Origin: Hormiphora californensis
Taxonomy: Eukaryota; Animalia; Ctenophora
Assembly (NCBI GenBank): GCA_020137815.1
Contig: CM035359.1
Location: 2,170,001-2,234,000, forward strand
Direction: 5' to 3'
Length of the DNA: 64,000 bases
Shown here in pieces: positions 54,238 to 64,000 of this stretch. The notes beneath the pieces were generated by a model that did not search any database, was not told the origin of the DNA, and was given only the letters and a program-made list of their open reading frames with translations. Position numbers and translations under genes: made by a program. How positions within the stretch are numbered: position 1 is the first letter of the stretch; the number at the start of each line of letters is the position of its first letter.

Positions 54238-54712
54238 AATCATAACAAGAGGAAGCCTAATTGGGCGAGATATGGGAGGGGCTTTATAGGCTACATTCCA
54301 CACACGAACACGGATGCATCGAAGGGACACGTCATCGTGGGAGAGAGAGCGGGTCCCAGCTCCCTTCCTACTCATTACAACTACTCGAGTAGGTTCGACA
54401 CAGCCTGCAATAAGCAAATGGTACTACTTCAGCGATCCGATTATTATCGGTAAACCTCACAATATAATGGGTCCCAACTCTCAAGTAAGTAATAGTATTC
54501 CGGCCCCGACATATTGTATCATATCGGTTGAATGCACCACCTGCCCTAACGAGAGATATATATTTAGATTGTCAGGGACTGACTGTACATCGGTGCGAAT
54601 TGAGGACGGTCTTATAATGAGATAGATATATTTAGCCATGTGGCAGGGTATAACTACTTCACCTTGCAAGATAATAACAAGACCTCATTACGCCTCAGTT
54701 CAGCCTTCCCGC

Positions 54713-54773
54713 TTGGTGACATAGACACGTGTGTGAGCTCAATCTCGGTCGCGCCAGGTATCTATGTCACCAA
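54713..54773. mobile_element. Minimal (~60-bp) member of the 22086 MITE family
   Basis: CCTTCCCGC|TTGGTGACATAGACAC...TCTATGTCACCAA|CCTTCCCAC (8/9 TSD match). Confidence 0.7.
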
Positions 54774-55166
54774 CCTTCCCACCAGACGATGTAACAAATT
54801 TCATGAAGTGGGTTGCAGTGTTGGTTAAGAAAATAGTGTGTCGCATACATTACAAAGAGTGTAAAATATTAAAAACTGAGTTCCACCCCCATTATTTCAG
54901 ATTCTTTATATCAAATTCAGCTCATCTATATATTCATTTCTCTAGCAATTCCTCTTAAAAACCTTTAATTTAATTACTACGGGCAAGATAAGATATAGGC
55001 TGGTGTTACAAAACACATGTCACATATAATGAACATATTATAATCGTGTTACAAATGAACTGTCTCTGCTGTGTAACAAAATAAATAAATCTCCAATTAT
55101 TGTCCCATTATTGTCCAATTATTGTCCAATTATTGTCCCATTATTGTCCAATTATTGTCCAAGTTT

Positions 55167-56555
55167 TCAGAACCTGCTTCCCCTCTGCCTATAATAGGAT
55201 TCATCGTTACTTCGCCTGTTGTGATCCCTGTACCCAGATCCCTTAGACCGGGAATCGGAGTATCTGTCATTGTAGAATGATCTGAAGGAGATATTAATTA
55301 ATTAGACAATCTAGTAAGAAATATTACCAAAGATCAAATATACCCCAGACAATAAATAATAGAGCACTCTGCAAGGTCTAATTCTTTCTACCCCCAAACT
55401 ATCCTCATCTCTAACCTGTCATCCCGGTGTGACCGTCCCCCGGTAGACGGAGCGGGAGAGTGCTCATACGACCTCCTACTATGTTGGTGATCTTGATAAG
55501 GGTGGTGGCGGGGTGGTGGTGGTGTCTGATGTTGTTGCTGCTGGTGATGATACATCGGGTTAGATCGATCCTCGTATTGCATGTTTCGAGATTTAACTTG
55601 TTCCAGCTCTTCAAACACACCTAAAACATGACAAAGGGGGTGTTAGAAAATATTTCCCCAAAAAACATACTTTCACTCAATAGACTCAAATTGAATGGCA
55701 ACCGCTCTATATCAAATCAAATCAAAAAGTAAAACTAGACCTCCCAGCCCTCTCCTTGGGTACCTGCGTATTTCTTAGGGTTTTCCACAGCCAGGCGATC
55801 CAATAGTTTCTCGTACAACTCATGATACTGGTCCTGATCGAACTTGCTCGTCCCCTTATACCTCACTCGGATTGTTTTTTCAAACAGTTGGATACCGTTG
55901 AATAACCGCTCTGCGTACGGACCTGTGCAGTGATTTAGAGGTTAGTATGGATATCTAAAGTTAGATATGGATCTAGGGTGACAATTTGGGTTAGAATTTA
56001 GATATATCTAGATCCATATATAATGGATCTAGGTTCTAGGATGACAATTTGGGGTTTATATCCCATCATGTACCTAATGATGTACTAACAGACCTGATAC
56101 AGTGTGTTTAAAGGCAATGAAAGCAAAGTTTCTTGGTTCCCCCGTTTCCTTGTCTTTGGGTAGTCTTACATCCGCCAATGGGCCAGCCTGAAGGGGGAGG
56201 GGTTAGAATATGTATAAACACACAGACACATATTGAGCAATTTAGCTATTCTCCGGCTGGGTATTATAGTAGAGGGGGTTGGAGCAAAGATTAGAAAGGT
56301 AGTTAGAACTTAGAGGGAGGGGGATTAGAAATGTAATTGTGTGAAATTGTCTAACTTGCATCTTTTCAATTTTTCACGATGATAAAACAGATCTGAATGA
56401 AACCAATCACAAATTTGACGGGGGGTTGACGTTTCGATATAATGTGAAGGATTATAGCTTTATACCTGTACAAATAGTTCCCAGAGTATTTCCGTAGTAA
56501 CTTTGGGGTCCAGTCCACCTACCCAGACAGTCAGATCTTCATCATTTGTTGCCAT
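55167..56555 (-). CDS. RBM7: RNA-binding protein 7-like (single RRM; NEXT complex subunit)
   Basis: Exons 56466-56555, 56094-56187, 55764-55922, 55416-55620, 55167-55281: MATNDEDLTVWVGGLDPKVTTEILWELFVQAGPLADVRLPKDKETGEPRNFAFIAFKHTVSGPYAERLFNGIQLF, then a low-complexity tail. Confidence 0.85.
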
Positions 56556-57969
56556 TGTTATTGAGCTAGATATATATCAAGGGAGGTTTATAAATGGGAG
56601 ATATTGAGTGACTCACAATCATTGTGAGTCACTCAATATCACATTATGTGAGCGGGGGTAACCATGGGATTACCATGGCGGGTTACCATGGGGGGGTAAC
56701 CATGGGATTACCAAGGGAAATTTTGGTTAAAAGCGGTAAAAAGAAAGGGTTTTATATGAAAGAAAAGCTACATGATTGTGCAGGAAAAAAGAGTACAAAA
56801 ACTCAATTAAATGCATTTTTATCATTTTTTTAAATAATAAGATTATGATAAGTTAAGAGATTTTTCTAGATCAAATGTCTGTTCAATGATACTATTGGGT
56901 CGGGTTAGGGACAGAAAAAGTAATTAAAAAACATATTTTTCCGAAATATTTGCTCACTTAACGGGTTTATTTAACATCATCGATCATTCACAGTTGTTAA
57001 GTTGTCATGTGGGTGTGACACAAATCGTCACAAAACTTTCACCTTAATAATTATCACCTTAGTTTTCTTATAATATTTTAATAATATTTATATCACTTTA
57101 TTATCACGCCACTTAGTTAATCATATTCATACATAACTTGTATTTATATTAGTCGAGGTAAATTAAAAATGCTGCAAATGTAACAAATTAAGGAGAGATT
57201 TTTCAGTCAGAAAATGTAGGATACGATAATCGTTTTACATATTGACTAGCGTAATTAACCAATTATCATGTATCATATGTAAATCGGTATACCTTAATCA
57301 TTGCTCTAATTGGTTTATGTATTTCGATTGGAAAAGGCTAAAAATAATTAAAAGTACATAGGTACTCACGCATGCAGAAAACAACAAAAAATGTCAGACC
57401 TAATAATCAGAGAGGTTTTTAGTCAATACTTAGTTAGGGTATCAGTATTAATTATAGGGTTTATATAATGTTATACATAATATAGTATGTAGCACAATAC
57501 ACTAAACTTATTGGAAACCGTTCACGCACACACACACAAACAAACAAACAGCTAATGTATGTAATATAAACCAGGCAATAACAAAATTTGCGATAAAATA
57601 ACTTTGCAACTAAACTATTACAGCTGTACGAAACAATTGGGTTATATTTCTTACTGATCTCTAGATTTTGGGGGAGATGTCGGGTTGAGACCGGAAAGTA
57701 AGGGACCAACTTACAAAAAGTACCCGGGTATGTGTTTGTAAGTTGCTCTGTAAGCACCAATTGGTTTTGTACACAGCTGCAAATGCTGAATACGATTTGA
57801 CGTAAAATTGCGATCTTGACTTGCTCTCAGAACCAAGCTGTAAGCGGAGAGAGAGTCAAGAAAGGTAAAGATCTTGAATGTACGGATCAAATCTAAATAC
57901 TCAGCCATTCGAAACACACCCGAAACACACGGATACATACCACATACTGTCTCCTAACTCACTTGGTAG

Positions 57970-58078
57970 CAGGAACCGACCGAAACAAGTAAACAACCAA
58001 TCAGAACTCGTTATTTAGGTCACGTGACTGGTTATCAGCCAATCAGGGACCAGTATTTCCTGATTCGGTCGGTTCCTG
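57970..58078. mobile_element. ~108-bp hAT-type MITE; further copies at ~59467-59575, 60608-60716, 61646-61754 and a partial one at 33876-33950
   Basis: CTTGGTAG|CAGGAACCGACCGAA...TTCGGTCGGTTCCTG|CTTGGTAG (8-bp TSD). Confidence 0.92.
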
Positions 58079-58725
58079 CTTGGTAGATAAGAAAACCATT
58101 GATAGTTCATGGGTTTTATGGGTTATACATAGCATCTACACTTGCTAGTCGGGCATAATACATATCTCGAATATTCCATACATTTGGGAGTGAAAACACG
58201 AGCTGACCATATAAACAGCTGACCTCTAAACGATACAATTTCTAGAGACAGCTATACAATAGTCACATACACACACATACAAATATTATTTTGTGTTAAA
58301 GCAAGCCAATATATGGCTTTCACACTGGGCAAGATTAATCAGTTTCATATATATTCAGAATAGCAGGTGTTTAGAGTATTCAACCAGTGATTTCCACTTT
58401 TTAAAAATCTGTCAGGTGACCCCGTTTTGAACTGAACGCAACAGTCATATCGAGGGCCCCACCAGACAGTGTGGAAATCTAGGTTGATGGTGTTTAGGGG
58501 TGGGGGGGGGGGTACGATGTCCCCTCTCTTTTTTCCCTGAGTAAACGAAGCGCACATGACATAATCGTGATCAGAGAGGACAGCGCAGGAGGGGGATAAA
58601 AGAGGGGATATCATATACCCAAAGCGGGGGTAGGGAAACACAAGAGGCGGGTCAGAAAAGGGCTACTCATCGCTCGGTCCAAGCTGACACTACCATAACA
58701 ACAATCGGGTTGCCAGCCTGGTATA

Positions 58726-58790
<65 letters not shown>

Positions 58791-58864
58791 GAGAGAGAAG
58801 AGATAGCAGAGAGATAGCAGAGAGATAGAGAGAGATAGAGATAGATAAAGAGAGAGATAGATAA

Positions 58865-59031
<167 letters not shown>

Positions 59032-61214
59032 GAGAGATCTCACACACCAGGTCTGTGGGACAGTGTCAAGATTTGAACCAAGTGGTACAGCGCCTATTAT
59101 GTTCTCTTCCGACACCCGACCTCCTCCGAACATGATGAAGGCGAGAGGGTGAAACGGGTTTTTGGGCCGTCACAAAAACACACGCAAACCCGCAAACCCG
59201 TCACCCACCACCAGCTTCCAGCTGCGGCATAGAAAGATAATGGTGTGTGTATGTGATATATATTCTCTGTCTCTTTCTTAGTCTCTCTCTCTCTCTCTTT
59301 CTATCTGTCTCCGGGTGTCTCTTTCTTAGTCTCTCTCTGTCTTTCTCTCTGTCTCCGGGTGTCTCTTTCTTAGTCTCTCTCTCTTTCTATCTATCTCCAA
59401 GGTCGAACTATCGATGGGAATCTACTCTCTCGTCTACACTCTACAGTCTACACACACCATATGTTCCAGGAACTGACCGAAACAAGTAAACAACCAATCA
59501 GAACTCGTTATTTAGGTCACCTGACTGGTTATCAGCCAATCAGGGACCAGTATTTCCTGATTCGGTCGGTTCCTGCACACCATATATCTGTTCTTTGCCG
59601 CACATCTGCCCGTCATGTCGGACATATAGTTTCCCTGATTTCTATACCTTTTTATTGCCAAAGGTTTTGTGTGAAACGTTGCCAGCAGTGAAAACTGTAT
59701 AGCAACGGTTTGGACGGGGGGATTGTTTAGGGGCAAAATAATCTGAAGGTTGTACGGTTTTCACTCAAGTTAATATATTAAACTAACGTAAATCACGGTA
59801 CTCTAATTGAGAAAAAAGAACTGTTTGGTAAAAGATCAAGGGCACGCCGCCAAATAAAATAGTTTTTTTAGTTAACACACACACAGAGATAACTTTAGTA
59901 TACTAGAATGAAGCAACACACACATTTTATATTAAAATTCAAAAAACTCAAAAATAACAACCCGAATAAAAAAGAGAATACAATATCCGGATTCTGTAAC
60001 TTAAACACTGACAAATAAGAAAAAAAAGAGAACTCTAGCTCTCTCCCTCTCTTTCTGAAACCGCTCATACTTTTTTCAAATAAGGTTTTTCCCCAAAAAG
60101 TTATAGAAAAGGAGCATGTTAGAGAAAGAGAGGGGGCGGCGGCGTAGATGGGATATAGCAATAGCAAATATAATAAATGTGTGCGTGTACACGATTCCCA
60201 ATACAAATATATATATCCTACTAATAATATAATAATACATGTAAACCTGAATAGTAATAATAACAATTTAACAACTCACTGCGTACTTAAATAACTATAG
60301 TTTTATCCCAAGAAGATGGTCGATTATAATTTCACGTTTTGGAGTTGATCGTGTTATCATGTTAACACCTAATGTACGCAATGGTTTGTTTTTCGTTTTC
60401 GTTCACCGTGTATGTTCCTAAACGCGGCGACACCAAACCAAAAGTGTGAGTGAAGCAGGGATATATATATTCCTAATTCTCATTTTGCAGGTTTTGGTTC
60501 AGCGTGCCGGTAAGGACGGTGAGAATTGTTGACCTGTCTGAGTAGCTAACTGGCAGAGCTGGTTGAGTGACGTCATTACAAACAATGACGTCATCACGTG
60601 TAATGATTAGGAACCGACCGAAACAAGTAAGCAACCAATCAGAGCTCGTTATTTAGGTCACGTGACTGGTTATCAGCCAATCAGGGACCAGTATTTCCTG
60701 ATTCGGTCGGTTCCTGGTCATTACATCGTGATTACGTCACCTGTAATGATTCACCACAGTTCTATCAGCTTACTAACACGTCAAGGAAAGAGAGAGCCCA
60801 GCTCATAATAACTGATCATTAAAAAAACACACACACGACTGGATTTTCTCTCTCTCTCCTCGCTCTTACCATTGCTAGTCTCATATATCAGATGGAATAT
60901 AACACAGAGCCGCAAGATGATCAGAGAAGGGAGAGAGAGATAGTAAACAGGTGATACACACACCACCTTGCCCTTTGTATCTCTTTTTCTGTAGCTAAAT
61001 TATCTTAATATAGTATGGACGCTAAACTGGTACTAAAAATCACGGCACACATTTCAGCTTACTTCACTGCTGGTTAAAATTCAAATAAGCTCCCAGCTCC
61101 CAGCTGAGTAATTATCATAACATATCAGGGTCTCTCTCTCTTTTTCTGTCTCGAATAGTTTATCTCTCTGGGAACATACATAACCACCCACAGGGGGGGG
61201 GGGCAGCTCCCTTT

Positions 61215-61600
61215 CTAATCACTCCGAGTGATAGTTGCCATGGGACTAATCGTTGCCATGGGAGCAAGGCTGGGTGGTAGACTGGCCAGGGGTTCCAGGG
61301 GTGGCTCTGGTTTACTCTCCACTAAACCCACCAGTGACTCAGCCTTGTTTGGGAAGCTAATCATGGCATGAGCACGGCTGATATGAGACTTGAGGTTGTA
61401 CTTGAGCCCGAACAACATTCCACAGACATTACATCGGAACGGTTTTAACTTTAAGTGCACGTTGTTAAAGTGCCGTTTGAGATTTTGGGCCCGGGAACTC
61501 CCTCGGAAGACCTTGCCGCACACATAGCAGCCCACGTGTTCCATATGGGAGGCTTGCCGGTGGTTGTTGTGGGATCCAATTAGGACGTTGAACCGGTCGT
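61215..61600 (-). CDS. Terminal exon with two C2H2 zinc fingers
   Basis: CYVCGKVFRGSSRAQNLKRHFNNVH-LKLKPFR-CNVCGMLFGLKYNLKSHISRAH; candidate phase-1 acceptor (caccag) at 61601; upstream exons not found. Confidence 0.75.
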
Positions 61601-62352
61601 CTGGTGGGTGTTGTTGTTTGTGAAAATATCAAATATATATTGCGGCAGGAACCGACCGAAACAAGTAAACAACCAATCAGAACTCTTTATTAAGGTCACG
61701 TGACTGGTTATCAGCCAATCAGGGACCAGTATTTCCTGATTCGGCCGGTTCCTGATATTGCGGACAGGAATAGACTGCTGGGTATAACGAGGGAGAGAGA
61801 AAAACGAACAAAACACAGTTTGACAGACTTATTAAATGTGTAGACAGGGCAAAACAGAGGAATTTGAATGATTTATTATATGAATCGGCAGAGAAAAAGG
61901 GGGGGGGGAGGTTGAAGGGGAAATGGGGTATTAACTTATTAAATGACTCAATTTATTTGTTAAATGAAGTTTTATCATCAGCTTAATAAATGAATTCAAT
62001 GACGTCACAAAACGACGTCACATATTGTGATATAACCAACCATGAAATCAGTACTGCAGAGCTGTACTGTGTTGAATCTCGCTCATCATTTCAAGAACAT
62101 ACTCGCAGAGAAAATATCGACTTCCTCTCGCTCTCTTTGGTTGTTGTATATAAATAATTTACTTTGAATATAATTATATAGATCTGAATATTACAATAAC
62201 AAACACGAGTGTTTTAGAAAACAATTGTTTCACTACCAGTGGCCTGGTAGATCGTCAGTTCCGATAATGAAATATCAACAAGCAAACAAATTTTTTTTTT
62301 GGGGGGAAAAATTATTAAAAAGGAATAACAATCAAATTTATGTCTTCTTCCT

Positions 62353-63477
62353 CTACAGATAGAGCAGGTTATAGTCCACACTGTCATCAACTCGACAAGG
62401 ACGCCTTCCTCGGTATCCTCTAAGACTGATGATGGTCGTCTTCAACAGGCAAAATGCTAGCCTTTGTCTGATGTATCGAATAGTATCAGCATAGGTGTTT
62501 TTGTTTCGGGTACTGAGACTTTTTGCAATTTGTTTGTACAGTCTATCCGCGTCATCACCCATTGCACCAGAAGTGGAGAATACTACAGGTGTGAAGGTGG
62601 CCTTCTCAACCTGAATTACCCGGTCCATATAGTTCCTCTTCTTTTCCTCCTCGTGTCTCCTCAACGTTTTCTCCACTGGTTTTGACCTGTTCGATGGAGC
62701 TCTTGAATTGAACACTCTGATGTCAAGGAAACATTTTTCTAAGGGATTGTCCCATATTCCAAGTGCAGCCACATCCAACCTGGCATCATTTGCTGTAATT
62801 GCTGTCTTGTGGTCGAATTCTTCTCCGGTGATAGGCAGAAGTCGGGGCTCTGTTGTTACATCCTTGCAACCTGCTTCCTCAAGCAAGTTTGCAGTCAAAT
62901 CACGGATCTGATTGTGCCTCATGTGGACATATCCACCTTTAGGACAAGTAAGGCAGTGTTCGATCCCATTAATCTGCCCACAGGCACATCTGTTTGGGAC
63001 ACCTGGGATTGGGAAACTGTATCGGAGAGCAAGAGAGTCTCTAAACTCCTGCTTATTTAAGGTGAATCCGTGCTCTGACAAGGGAAGGGAAGTTAGCCAT
63101 GTAGATGCTCCTCTCTTACAGTGTTCCTCATGTAGTCTCAGTTGATTTGGTGTCATCTGTTTCCTCAACTCCTCCATCACTTCTGTGGATGCAGTACGTT
63201 TTTGGGATGTTATTTTCTCTCGTGCCTTTCGCAACTCAGCTTCAACTTGTTCGCCTCTTGAACTATCAATACTTATTTTCTGTTCTGTGATCAGTTGTGT
63301 GAGGGGAAAAGTAGCAATGCGGGATCTTTCGTATTCAGCATCAGCCTGAATTGTGGGATTATCGATACCCAAACCACCGTTCCTCGCCGGGAGTCTGAAC
63401 ACATCCCTGAGAAACTCAGAAAAATGGGTACCAATCAACACAGGAAGGAGTTTGGTACGGATTGCATCCTCCAGCGG
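62353..63477 (-). mobile_element. 5'-truncated CRE-clade non-LTR retrotransposon (thumb, CCHC knuckle and restriction-like endonuclease)
   Basis: LPARNGGLGI, GASTWLTSLP, CACG...HCLTCPKGG..RHNQIRD, RLDV...FLDIRV...EEEKKRNY, TFTPVVFSTSG; no RT core in the window. Confidence 0.88.
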
Positions 63478-63991
63478 GCAAACAAATCAATCCCTGCTCC
63501 TTTAGAAACATTTTAATAGCATGAACTTCCGGTCCTGCAACTGTAGAAGAACAGCTGAATGTCCCCTGCAACAAAAGTGTCTACAAAAAGGTGTGATCTA
63601 CGAGGCCAGTGTAACAACACAAACTGGAACATCCAGCTACGTTGGTCTTACGGAAAATCAATTCAAGACCAGATACAATGCACACCAGAGCAGCTTCAGG
63701 AGGGAAAATGCGAGGAAGTCAACTGAACTGTCGAAACATGTATGGGAATTGAAGGACAGTAACACCGACTTCACCATACAGTGGAAGGTTATTGACAGAG
63801 GGCACCCACCCAATGGACCCACACAATCGTGCGACCTCTGCACCACGGAGAAAGTACAAATACTGGAAAACTCCAAGAGGACGGATATAACCCCCCTGAA
63901 CAAGCGCTCGGAAGTTGTGGGAAAATGCAGACACACCCGGAAGTTCATGCTATTAAAATGTTTCTAAAGGAGCAGGGATTGATTTGTTTGC
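63478..63991 (+). mobile_element. Penelope-like element fragment: GIY-YIG endonuclease (63521-63967) between 55-bp inverted repeats
   Basis: CNCR...CPLQQKC...GVIYEA...YVGLT...FKTRYNAH...TELSKHVWELK...CDLCTTEK...LNKRSE...CRH; IR 63478-63532 / 63937-63991. Confidence 0.9.
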
Positions 63992-64000
63992 TTGTTGATA

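Noticed and set aside
56466-56555. SF3B4 assignment for the RRM gene
   Set aside because: Single RRM with FAF..FKH.VS.PYA..L.NGI.L matches RBM7/RBM11; SF3B4 has two RRMs.

Overview
Eukaryotic (animal) genomic DNA with GT-AG introns and dense repeats. The repeat landscape and gene families suggest a ctenophore (Pleurobrachia-like); this is inference only. Genes reconstructed by hand: a divergent ~9-exon 7TM membrane protein (-), head-to-head with an 18-20 exon MGCGAS-lipidated coiled-coil/PDZ protein (+); an intronless arylsulfatase (-) that appears nested in an intron of the PDZ gene; two paralogous secreted proteins with an uncharacterised beta-rich domain plus sushi/CCP (one pseudogenised); the 3' part of a tandem PLAT-domain gene; a frameshifted LDLa-repeat GPCR without LRRs; a 2.2-kb 36-bp repeat with mucin-like coding potential; RBM7; and a C2H2 zinc-finger exon. 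Mobile DNA: Tc1/mariner, hAT and Mutator-type MITEs or foldbacks, Helentron-like non-autonomous elements, a 6.5-kb 9-bp-TSD foldback element carrying a solo LINE ORF1-like gene, CRE-like and I/R1-like LINE remnants, and a Penelope GIY-YIG module bracketed by 55-bp inverted repeats. About 25.8-28.7 kb looks like low-quality consensus.
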